Below are positions 52,652-64,000 of a stretch of DNA of 64,000 bases, one piece after another. Origin of the DNA: Octopus vulgaris (Eukaryota); NCBI GenBank assembly GCA_951406725.2, contig OX597831.1, positions 76,012,001 through 76,076,000 on the forward strand, given 5' to 3'. The position numbers and the translations under genes are program-made. Position 1 is the first letter of the stretch, and the number at the start of each line of letters is the position of its first letter. The notes below the pieces were generated by a model, which saw only the letters and a program-made list of their open reading frames with translations, had not been told where the DNA came from and searched no databases.

Positions 52652-53080
52652 TAACAATATATATATATACTTACTGTAAGCGGTAATGCGTGGCTTTCAG
52701 TTACTCTATAAATGAAAAATGCATTAAATACTACAAAACGTACACGTACGACAGACACAGAAGGACCATAATTCTTCATCAGTTACCGACCCAAAATACA
52801 AGAAATCAGTTTCGAGCCTTTAACGGTAAGACTGAGAACTTCGTATATCGGCAGCATCCGCAAGATTTTGCGTAGAATTAGGGCTCGAGCAAACAAAACA
52901 ATACAAGGTGGACGAACGAAAGTAAATAAAAGTAATTTGAAACGCTAGACGAAGACTAAATAAATAGTCTTTCGGCCAAACACGAGAATATATATATGTG
53001 TGTATATATATATATATATACATACATATAGATGAGAAATTTGGTTTGTGAAAGCACATATATATATATTTATATATATA

Positions 53081-53482
53081 TCTCTTTTACTCTTTTACTT
53101 GTTTCAGTCATTTGACTGCGGCCATGCTGGAGCCCCGCCTTTAGTCGAGCAAATCGACTCCAGGACTTATTCTTTGTAATCCCAGTACTTATTCTATCGG
53201 TCTCTTTTGCCGAACTGCTAAGTGACGGCGACGTAAACACACCAGCATCAGTTGTCAAGCAATGCTTGGGAGACAAACACAGACACACAAACATACACAC
53301 ACATATATATATATACATATATACGACGGGCTTCTTTCAGTTTCCGTCTACCAAATCCCCTCACAAGGCTTTGGTCGGCTCGAGGATATAGTAGAAGACA
53401 CTTGCCCAAGATGCCACGCAGTGGGACTGAACCCGCAACTATGTGGTTGGTAAGCAAGCTACTTACCACACAGCCACTCCTG

Positions 53483-53531
<49 letters not shown>

Positions 53532-53998
53532 ATATGTGTATATATATGTATATATGTGTATATATATGTATGTATATACAGGCGCAGGAGTGGCTATGTG
53601 GTAAGTAGCTTGCTAACCAACCACATGGTTCCGGGTTCAGTCCCACTGCGTGGCATCTTCGGCAAGTGTCTTCTGCTATAGCCCCGGGCCGACCAATGCC
53701 TTGTGAGTAGATTTGGTAGACGGAAACTGAAAGAAGCCTGTCGTATATATGTATATATATATATGTGTGTGTGTATGTATTTGTGTGTCTGTGTTTGTCC
53801 CCCTAGCATTGCTTGACAACCGATGCTGGTGTATTTACTTCCCCGTCACTTAGCGGTTCGGCAAAATGGACCGATAGAATAAGTACTGGGCTTACAAAGA
53901 ATAAGTCCCGGGGTCGATTTGCTCGACTAAAGGCGGTGCTCCAGCATGGCCGCAGTCAAATGACTGAAACAAATAAAAGAGTTAAAGAGTAAAAGAGT
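53081..53998. mobile_element. Head-to-head inverted pair of young SINE B copies (-, 53081-53485; +, 53580-53998)
   Basis: Two full-length copies in opposite orientation with a ~95-bp TA-rich spacer. Confidence 0.92.
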
Positions 53999-54005
53999 AT
54001 ATATC

Positions 54006-54064
<59 letters not shown>

Positions 54065-54539
54065 CAATTACCCCACACATACAACCCAACACGTACACAC
54101 ATACCCACACGTACACAAACATACCTACATACACACACACACAGCAAACAAAACACACACACACTACATATACATACATGCACACACACATACTTCAAAC
54201 TACCAGTACCATTCTACTGACCATTCTCCGCACACGTGTAATTAGACACACAACAGACAGCCACTCCTACCAAAATTCTTACTATAAATTTTCCTATGAC
54301 CTTAAACGATACTAAGCCCAACCACACGCATATCTAAACAGCCACAATCACACACACATACACACACACACTTGCTGTCATTACACACACACACAGACAG
54401 ACCTGTGCGCACTCACATACCCACACATACACACACATACTTCCTTCTCTTACACACTCCTGTCTTTGAAAGAACTTTTTCTTCACCCATTCCCTTCCGG
54501 TCATTTCAATATGTGACCGCGTTTGTATCGTTGGCGATT

Positions 54540-54700
54540 TTCTTCCTCCGTCTTCCCTTCTATATTTCTGATGAAGAGGCTCCGCCCGAAACGTGAAATC
54601 CTCTTTCTTTTCTTTCCTTTCTTGAGCGTCCAATAACACTGTACTTTTCCCACGTCCTCGCGTTGTCGTTTTTTCTTGCTTGTTCATGTTTGGATTTACC
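54540..54700 (+). mobile_element. pLTR-like segment with hammerhead motif (54564-54599)
   Basis: ATTT-CTGATGA-A-GAGGCTCCGCCC-GAAAC-GT-G-AAAT; homologous to 12030-12210. Confidence 0.55.
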
Positions 54701-54705
54701 ATACT

Positions 54706-54855
<150 letters not shown>

Positions 54856-54872
54856 CATATGTTTTTATAATA

Positions 54873-55040
54873 TAGGCGCAGGAGTAGCTGTGTGGTAAGT
54901 AGCTTGTTTGTTTACCAACCACATGTTTCCACGTCCAGTCCCACTTCGTGGCACCTCGGGTAAGTGTTTTCTACTGTAGCCTCAGGCTGACCAAACCTAT
55001 GTGAATGGATTTGGTAGACGGAAACTGAAAGAAGGTCGTC

Positions 55041-55133
<93 letters not shown>

Positions 55134-55345
55134 TGTGTCTGTGTCTGTGTTTGTCCCCCGCCACCATCAATTGACTACCGATGGTGGTGTGTTTACGTCT
55201 CGTAATCTAGCGGTTCGGCAAAAGAGTCCGATAGTATAAGTGCTAGGCTTGCGAAGAATAAATCCTGGGGTCGATTTGCTCGAGTAAAGGTTGTACCCCA
55301 GCATGGCCGCAGTCAATTAACTGAAACAAGTAAAAGAATAAAAGA

Positions 55346-55346
<1 letters not shown>
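54873..55346 (+). mobile_element. SINE B, full length
   Basis: B consensus from head to tail. Confidence 0.88.
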
Positions 55347-55411
<65 letters not shown>

Positions 55412-56021
55412 TGTATGTTTGTTTAATTTACACAATTACACATGTTGGTGCAAATATATACGCATGCACATATATACATATCTTTAGAAATCATTTTAGA
55501 CAACGAAGTGGCGGAATCGTTAGCGGGCCAGATAAAACGCGTAATGGCATTTCGTCTTGTCCTTTATGCTCTGAGTTCAAGTCCCCACAAGGTTATGTGC
55601 AAATATGTATGTCAAGATACACAGAAACAGACACACGCACGCACGTGTATATGTGTGTCTGTATGCTAACCTACATGCATAAAACAGAAGGAATTTATGC
55701 AATGTAATGCGAGTTGTGCGTAATAGATAGGTTCCTTACTGATAAAGACCAGACTTCATAAATACACAATTCATACAAAGACAGAATAATTCTGACGAGA
55801 CGAAGCAGCATTAAACGTTTCAAATCAGTTAAATTGATACGAAACTGACAGAGAAACTCGCTCACTTCACAATGTAACTCTGAGTAAATTGTTTGCGTAG
55901 TCAAATACTCTCAGAAAAGAGAGAGGAGTAAAGGAAACCAACGAACTTTGTATGAAAGCTAACCAGGCTAGAATTAAATTAATACAGGTACTTGAAACAA
56001 CATTTAAAATACCAGTATAAT

Positions 56022-56525
56022 ATCCTTTCTATTATAGGTACAAGGCCTGAAATTCGGGGGAAGGGGATAATCGATTACTCAATTGGTACTTAAGTTATCG
56101 ATCCAGAAAGGATAGAAGGTAAAGTGGACCTCGGCAGAATTTGAACTGAGAACGTAGCGATAAATACCAGTATATTATGTATATTATATAAAGTGTATGT
56201 GAAAGCACGTGGCTTAGTTGTTAGTGTATTTGGCGCGTTAGGTCATGAGTTCAATTCCCGAGAGCATGTTGTGTTCTTGAACAGGACACTTTATTTCATG
56301 TCGCATCAGTCGACTCGGCTGGCAAAAGAGTTATACCTGTAATTCAATGAGGAAGTCTTGTCATATTTGGTGTGTCTCATATTTTTTGTGTCACTCCCTG
56401 AGAACTAAGTGAAGAATACGCATGTCTCTGGAATGCTCAGCTATTTGAACGTTAATTTCATGAGCAGACGGTTCGGTTGATCGAATCAGCTGGAACATTC
56501 GCTGTTGTAACGGATGAAGTGTCCA
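56022..56525. mobile_element. SINE A (-, ~56022-56160) and SINE C (+, ~56205-56525)
   Basis: Consensus motifs as above. Confidence 0.75.
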
Positions 56526-57045
56526 GAATACAAATTAAAGACGTTTGAATGGTAATAGCTGTAATATTTTGTCTGAAATTAATTTCCTGAGACTTGTGGG
56601 CTAAAAACAACGACATTCGTAACGAATCTTTATGTAATGCGAGTTTGTATGTGCATAATAAATATTATACACATCGTTAGTTGAACAGTATTAAATACTT
56701 CGTTGGTAAACATACAAATAAATGAACCAGGGACCTGCTGCAGAGAGCAACCAAATCTTCCTAAAATCACATCGTTTTGTCTAAAAAATTGAAGGGCACA
56801 TTAGATAATGTAGTACTAGATGTATTATGCGTGAAAAAATTGTATCTCAGCATTGTAACTTTGTACAAAATAGTGGTAACCTTCAGTTACGTTGGTAGAA
56901 CTCTGCCCGATGAGAACTCTGCCCGATGTTGTCCACTGCCAACTGGTTTGCCGTCTGATTATTCGTGTATAAAGATTGCCACTGCCTACAGAGTTATCGT
57001 TCATGTATGGCTTTCCATAGATCTCCCTCTTAGCATACTGTAGAT

Positions 57046-57301
57046 CAGTAATTCCCAACTATTTTAATTTTATTTATGGATTCCTTTGATTCCTGATTTC
57101 CTCAGGGGGATCCTCGTAGCCATTCGATGTTTAAAAAAAATCCTACTATTTTATTAGGAATAAAAAAAATTGTTTTAAAAAAATTGTTTAAATATTTTGT
57201 GTCTTGTAGAAATATAAACAACATATTTAAAATAAATTTTAACAGCAAAATCTTTTATGGAACCGACCCAGGGTCATATGGACCCTAGTTGAGAGCCATC
57301 G
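57046..57301. mobile_element. hAT MITE with perfect 8-bp TSD CTGTAGAT
   Basis: TSD 57038-57045 and 57302-57309; ends CAGTAATTCCCAAC / GTTGAGAGCCATCG; related copy at 63270-63536. Confidence 0.85.
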
Positions 57302-57663
57302 CTGTAGATCATGTTCTTATTTTAAAACGTGATATAAGCATGGTATTATCCAGGTGGTCACTTACATTTTTTTTTCGTAAATACAAATTTAAATACTTAT
57401 TAAATTCCTGGTCATAATTTTAGGACTTTAAATGGAAGTATCTTTCATGAAATATGAGCAGAAGAGAAGGATCTTTAAGCAGTTCTGATATTTCCTATAT
57501 CTGAAAAATACAAGATATCGGAGCAAAATTTGTCCAGAAAGTCATTAACACATGCTAGCTGTTCCTTGTGTTTATTAAGTGAACTACTCAAACCTGATTA
57601 GGCTTGGATTTAGTTAGATCTTTGTACTTTAATTGAGTTTCCTTCTTTTCCTTCAATAATGCT

Positions 57664-57867
57664 ATTCTGCGAAATAGCTGCCCAAGCCATAGACCCACCC
57701 CAACGCTTCACGGTGGGAGCCAAGCAGTCAGGGCTGAAGGCTTCTTTTATCTGTCCCCGAAATAGTTATCAGAGAAGGTAACATTGTTCCATTGAGCCAT
57801 TAACCACTTCTGATAGTCTACAGACCATTTCTGTGGCATACTATTATTAATGGGAATAGGAGAAATT
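57664..57867 (-). pseudogene. Tc1 transposase remnant (duplicate of 63754-63957)
   Basis: Minus strand WNNVTFSD and KEAFSPDCLAPTVKRWGGSMAWAAIS (cf. PTVKHGGGSVMVW). Confidence 0.7.
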
Positions 57868-58319
57868 CAGTTTCTTCATTCCAGTTTATCTTTGGTGCCT
57901 TATTTGTCTCAAATATTTCGGTAACTGTATCAACTTCATGGGGTGATTTTTCGGGCTTCGTCAACAGAAATTGGATCAAGCGAGTCGTTTAGCTGTTCTT
58001 CGACATATTCGCTGTTCATCTAAAGGTTTTACATGTTTTTCTTGTTTATTCTCTCTCCTTCTGTAATTGCACGTCCCAGTGAATATTCTCTGACATTGAA
58101 ATATTAATGTTATCTATTGTCCCGTATCACATTCAGTATCACAGTCGCTTTTCCTGAGTAGATGAGCTCAATTTTTTTGCCCCCATTTTCGAGGAGCACA
58201 TTTATTTGTTTATCTAGCTTTTATCTACTTGTTACAGTCATTGTGGTCATGCTATAGTCATGCTCTGACCAACAACAAGCCAAGCGAAACCAAGTATATT
58301 TAGCGAAGTATTTTATTTA

Positions 58320-58411
58320 AAACGAGACATCTGATGAGATGCAGATGGGTCGAAACGATCGTTGTATTGAATAAAGATTCTTGCTAACTCCATTTTCCGT
58401 TTCCCTCATTC

Positions 58412-58445
<34 letters not shown>

Positions 58446-58765
58446 GGATCTACAAATCCCTACATATCTCACATCTATTTTCTTTCCTCCACCTCACTCT
58501 CTATTTTGTATCACATCTAAACTAACTATTACTTAACCATCCTCTCACACCGTCTCCAATGAAGGGATATAACTAATAAATATCCTGGAAACAGCTGTAA
58601 GACCTTCTATCTATAAATGTTCTAATATCTACTCAGCCTTGGTTTTTTTATCCCATTACGCAAAAAATTCTTCTTCCCTTCTTTCCTGAGCGTCCAATAA
58701 TACTTTATTTGTTCCACGTCCTTTTTTTGTGTTTTCTGTGTTTTTTTGTGTTTTATATGTTTGGA

Positions 58766-58840
<75 letters not shown>

Positions 58841-59040
58841 GGTAAGCTTTATGAAAATAGACAAAAGACGAAGGCAGGTTTACGGAAATAAACAAAAGAC
58901 GAAGGCAGGTGGAATACAAACAAACAATTGTATTAGTATGGCGCTCAGGAAATATAAATGAAACAAGTCTTTAACGTTTCGAGCCTACGCTCTTCAACAG
59001 AAAGATACACAGAGAAAAAAAACACAGAAAGAAGGAGAGA
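58320..59040. mobile_element. Cluster of different pLTR-like segments separated by (TA)n, with three hammerhead-like motifs (+58331-58365, +58552-58603, -58968-59005)
   Basis: CTGATGA-GAT..GTC-GAAAC-GATC-GT then AATAAA; GTCT-CCAATGA-A-GGGATAT..ATATCCT-G-GAAAC-AGCT-GT-A-AGAC; TCTTT-CTGTTGA-A-GAGC.GTAG.GCTC-GAAAC-GT-T-AAAGA. Confidence 0.55.
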
Positions 59041-59304
59041 AAAAAATATGCGTGCAAAAGCTAGCGAATCAACATGGCGATCTGATTTCGGCCAGAAGTC
59101 AGAGATCAAACATGAGACGCAAGAGCGAAATTAGGGGAGATAATAGGGTTGAATGACCTCCGCTCAAACGTAAGAGTGTGTGTGTGTGTGTGTGTATGAG
59201 AAGAGTGTGTGTGTGTGTGTGTATGAGAGAGTATTAGTGCGTATGAGAGGTCTAGACGTGTGTATGTATATATGATGTGATGTGTAAAGTCGTATGGTGT
59301 AGTG

Positions 59305-59495
59305 TAGAGAGAGAAGAGGGGGTAAGGGGGAGGGGGGGGTAAGGGGGAGAAAGAAAGGGGAGAAGAGGGGAGAAGGAAAGGGGAGAAGAGGAGGGGGGAG
59401 GGGGGAAGGTGAGGGGGAGAAGGAAGGAGAGGAGAAGAGGAGGGGAGGGGAGGAGGGAGGATAGAAGGAGAGGGGGAGAGAGAGAGAAGGGGAGA
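59305..59495 (+). repeat. G/A-rich polypurine tract (G-quadruplex / triplex potential)
   Basis: Many G3-G8 runs separated by 1-5 nt, almost all purine. Confidence 0.8.
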
Positions 59496-59533
59496 TATAT
59501 ATGTATGTATGTGTATTTATATATATATATGTA

Positions 59534-59612
<79 letters not shown>

Positions 59613-60027
59613 CATAATTAAGCATATCTACTTCAAAAGAATTATTTACACTGCAAGTACATTAGCACCAGCGTTTTGTCCAACTTTGGAATGTCTTCTG
59701 AAACGCGTTTTCAGGAGCAAGGAGGCAATCAGGAGAATAGAGCGATTAGTACCGGGCTTGAGGATCAGACTCGTCTCCCATTTTGCCAAAATGTTGCGAG
59801 TAAGGAGTGCTCTTTTATATGGAGGTATGACAGTTATATGTGTATATGGGTATATGTATATGTGAGTATCCGTATATACATACAAGTATATAAATAGAGA
59901 CTAAAGATTCGATGTTTTAAGGCCCTCAATTTATTAGTGAATGCTCTCTGGAGTGACTCACTTCTCGTAGTGTTTCCTTTGGTGTTGGGAGTTCAGAGGG
60001 GGCATAAATAAATAAATAAATAAATAA

Positions 60028-60083
<56 letters not shown>

Positions 60084-60192
60084 GTGACGTATATTTGCCA
60101 TTTAAATATGGCTAACCCCTAAGGGTGGATGCTACTGTAGTTTGTAACCCCAGGAGGACACCTCCTCCAGCTGGCTCTAAGATTTATTATTG

Positions 60193-60244
<52 letters not shown>

Positions 60245-60465
60245 GTATGTATATATGTGTGTGTTGTGTGTGTGTGCAGCACGGATTTTTGTCAGTGAAC
60301 AGGTCGCGGTCTTATAGCGAGGAAAAATGTTGAAGTGAATCGAACGGCTTTTGTGTGTTTCTTAAATGGCTTACAAACACCTTCCACGCTGCAATTGTTT
60401 TCGTCTCAGATCAAATTACTTGCTATGCAGGTACATCTCCGTAATATATATATGTATATATATAT

Positions 60466-60666
60466 ATAATGAAAAATTAAATTATACCACCTATAAAATA
60501 AAACATATAACGATGATTAAGTAATGTTCAAAATATATTCTACCAAATATATACGTTTTATTTATTATTTTGCACATTACTTAATCATCGTTATATGTTT
60601 TATCTTATATTTAATCTTTCCATAATATGCAATCTTTCTAAATTATATAATTTAATTTTTCATTAT
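60466..60666. repeat. Nested inverted repeat (21-bp outer and 30-bp inner perfect arms)
   Basis: 60466-60486 / 60646-60666 and 60498-60527 / 60574-60603. Confidence 0.85.
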
Positions 60667-60828
60667 TGAATTGATAAAAAGGTGGGTTTTTTTCTAATTT
60701 TCTATTATATTATATATATTATATTATATATATTATATTTTGTGAAATTTGATTTAGTATTTGTGAAATTTGATTTAGTATTTCTGAATTGAATTTTTCC
60801 CTGTAAGTTTGGAATAATATTCCCTCAC

Positions 60829-60880
<52 letters not shown>

Positions 60881-60892
60881 TATTTCTTTAAT

Positions 60893-61108
60893 ATTTTACT
60901 TGTTTCAGTCATTAGACTGCGGCCATGCTGGGGCACCACCTTGAAGAAATTTTAGTCGAATGAATTGACCCCCAATACTTCTTTATTTTTGTTGAGCATG
61001 GTACTTATTCTATCAGTTTCTTTTGCCGTACCGTTAATTTACGGGTATGTAAACACACCAACATCGGTTGTCAAGTGGTGGGGTTGGACAGATACAGACA
61101 CGAACACG

Positions 61109-61164
<56 letters not shown>

Positions 61165-61305
61165 AACATACAGACACATGAATGCGACACGCTTCTTTCA
61201 GTTTCCGTCTACCAAATTCACACAAGAGTTTGATCGGCCTGAGGCCGTAGTAGTAGAAGACACTTGTCCAAGGTAAGGAAAGAAGCATCTTACCACTACA
61301 CTCAT
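60893..61305 (-). mobile_element. SINE B, diverged
   Basis: B consensus. Confidence 0.82.
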
Positions 61306-62013
61306 GCCAATCGTTTCGTTAAAATGGTTTTCTTTTTTTTCATTCATATTTCTCAATTCATCCGTCTTCAATCCTTCCGCAGGTCGAACCAATTTCAGCG
61401 TGTTTGTGTTGTCCAAAACCTGTCCCTTACAACTGTTGTATTCGCTCATACCTTATAGATCACCGACAAGACGATGACGGCCATGGTAGTCGGGGGGTAG
61501 GGAAGTGAGAGCACACTTCACTTCACCTCACTGACTGACTGACTGACTGATTGTCTGTCTGTCTGTCTGTCTGTCAGTCTGTCTAGCTGACTGACTACGA
61601 GCTGAGTGAGAAGACTACATATGAATGAATGTTACTCCAGTTAAATCATACATACATATTATTTGTCGGGGGCTGTTTATAGTTCATGCATAAATATATA
61701 TATGTATATATATGTATATATATATATAGAGAGAGAGAGGGGGGCGAGGAAAGTGATACACGAAGTGACTCGAGGTGGATGATGGACCTGACGGGACATC
61801 GCCACCGCTGCCGCTGCTTGCCTGCTTTCCACTCTACCATTGATACAACTTGCTCTCGCTGTTCGTGGGGTTTTGTCCTTGTTGACGTTATTGTTGCTGT
61901 TCCTGTAGGTACTTCAATCTTCCTCTGTTTCGTCTAAGCCAGACGGTTAACTTTCCACGAACACACTTACACAGGGCAACATTTATTTACGTATGTGTGT
62001 GTGTGTGTCTGTA

Positions 62014-62072
<59 letters not shown>

Positions 62073-62077
62073 CTATT

Positions 62078-62376
62078 GTTATATTTCGGAACGGTCATTT
62101 CTTTTTGTTGACAAATAAACACACGCACTATATATATATATTCGTTCTTCACTCGTTTATTACTGTTCTTATTCTAACTGAAGGACAGAATGGACCAAGC
62201 GGAGCAGAAGGATATAGGAGAATGGAAAGTGTCCCGAAAGAGGTCATGAATGCGTGACGAAAGATTTCCGGACAACGGGCATCACTTAAAATAAGAACAG
62301 TAATAAACGATTAAACAACGAATTTATAGTGCGTGTGTTTATTTGGCAAAAAAAGGTGACCATTCCGAAATATAAC
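62078..62376. mobile_element. Fold-back element with ~100-bp diverged inverted arms
   Basis: GTTATATTTCGGAACGGTCA..CAAATAAACACACGCACTATA..TCGTTTATTACTGTTCTTATT vs its reverse complement at ~62282-62376. Confidence 0.8.
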
Positions 62377-62449
62377 TCTATCTTTTTCAACACAATTTCA
62401 CATCAGGAATCTTGCAACACATACACATAAACGTATATATATATATATA

Positions 62450-62655
62450 CTCTTTACTCTTTTACTTGTTTCAGTCATTTTGACTGCGGCCATGCTGGAG
62501 CAACGCCTTTAGTCGAGCAAATCGACCCCGGGACTTATTCTTTGTAAGCCCAGTACTTATTCTATCGGTCCATTTTGCCGAACCGCTAAGAGACGGGGAC
62601 GTAAACACACCAGCATCGGTTGTCAAGCAATGCTAGGGAGACAAACACAGAGACA

Positions 62656-62706
<51 letters not shown>

Positions 62707-63076
62707 CTATATACTACAGGCTTCTTTCAGTTTCCGTCTACAAAATCCACTCACAAGGCATTGGTCGGCCCGGGGCTATAGCAGAAGACACTTGCCCAAG
62801 ATGCCACGCAGTGGGACTGAACCCGGAACCATGTGGTTGGTAAGCAAGCTACTTACCACACTGCCACTCCTGCGCCTATATATATATAGGCGGCGAGCTG
62901 GTAGAAACGTTAGCACGCCGGGCGAAATTCGTCTGTCTTTACGTTCCGAGTTCAAATTCCGCCGAGGTCGACTTTGCCTTTCATCCTTTCGGGGTCGATA
63001 AATTAAGTACCAGTTACGCACTGGGGTCGATGTAGTCGACGTAATCCCTTTGTCTGTCCTTGTTTGTCCCAAAGAA

Positions 63077-63078
<2 letters not shown>
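62450..63078. mobile_element. Young SINE B (-, 62450-62877) head-to-head with SINE A (+, 62889-63078)
   Basis: Consensus matches separated by a short (TA)n. Confidence 0.9.
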
Positions 63079-63111
<33 letters not shown>

Positions 63112-63112
63112 C

Positions 63113-63215
<103 letters not shown>

Positions 63216-63269
63216 GTTTCAGTCATAGGACTTTGGCCATGCTGGGGGACCCCGTTGAAGGGTCACGTC

Positions 63270-63536
63270 TAGTGGCTTTCAACCATTTTTTTTTTTTTTT
63301 GCCTATGATCCTTTTTGATACTCATTTTACTCGGTTGACCTCTCTTACCCTTTCGATGTTTATAAGAAAATTTATTGTATATTTATAACTAAATATTATC
63401 AGGAATTATATTAAAAAATTGTTATAATATTTTGCGTATTGCATAAGTATAACGAATTTATTGCACATAAGTTTTAACAACAAACTCTTATGTGGCCCCG
63501 CCCAAGGGTCATATGGGCTCCAGTTGAGAATTTCTG
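63270..63536. mobile_element. hAT MITE (family of 57046-57301)
   Basis: TAGTGGCTTTCAACC ... AGGGTCATATGG..CAGTTGAGAATTTCTG. Confidence 0.7.
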
Positions 63537-63544
63537 ATTTAGGG

Positions 63545-63957
63545 AAACAAACTGAATCCCGTACATATCTTAGGGTCCGCTTCTTATTCCATCGGTCTCC
63601 AAAAAATATTAACCGTGTGAATCAGGTGTATCATCGTTCTGGATGATTGCGCTAACATCGGGGAACAATGTTTGTACAATAGAATGGAGATGATTAGCCA
63701 GAATGCTCCTTGGCGTTAACTAGGCCATGTAGAACAGCTAAGGCGCTCAGAGAATTCTGCGAAATAGCTGCCCAAGCCATAGACCCACCCCAACGCTTCA
63801 CGGTAGGGGTCAAGCAGTCAGGGCTGAAGGCTTCTTTTATCTGTCCCCGAAATAGTTATCAGAGAAGGTAACATTGTTCCATTGAGCCATTAACCACTTC
63901 TGATAGTCTACAGACCATTTCTGTGGCATACTATTATTGATGGGAACAGGAGAAATT
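63545..63957 (-). pseudogene. Tc1 transposase remnant, catalytic region
   Basis: Minus strand PTVKRWGGSMAWAAIS..LHGLVNAK..ILANHLHSIVQTLFPD..IIQNDDTP (cf. FQDDNAP.H). Confidence 0.75.
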
Positions 63958-64000
63958 TAGTAATGGTACCCATCCCATGGTATCCAGCTTTATGAAGCTC

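Noticed and set aside
58066-58085. AATTGCAC miR-92-like seed
   Set aside because: Match limited to the seed; no precursor hairpin.
59620-59897. Overlapping short ORFs in unique-looking sequence
   Set aside because: No recognisable domain in any frame I read.

Overview
AT-rich, repeat-dense eukaryotic intergenic or intronic DNA. The SINE repertoire and the heavy (TA)n, (CA)n, (AAT)n and (TCTA)n load suggest an octopus-type cephalopod genome (inference). I find no confidently supported host protein-coding gene, tRNA, rRNA or CRISPR array, and most ORFs in the track are microsatellite or SINE artefacts. The window holds: (1) four 5'-truncated R4/Dong-type (RLE) LINE copies and a ~550-bp non-coding element ('D'), all inserted in (AAT)n and forming same-strand trains; (2) a CR1-group RT with an open 3' ORF, plus RTE, Tx1/L1 and CR1 remnants; (3) a Penelope GIY-YIG remnant and several (TA)n-associated pLTR-like segments carrying minimal hammerhead-ribozyme motifs, one of them a 147-bp palindrome; (4) at least three tRNA-derived SINE families (A, B, C), dozens of copies in all; (5) DNA transposon relics (mariner, Tc1, pogo, hAT MITEs, a piggyBac-like MITE, a non-autonomous Helitron, fold-back elements); (6) a 32-bp-phased array of CRE-like motifs. 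Family names A-D are my own labels. Coordinates were read by eye and may be off by a few bases.
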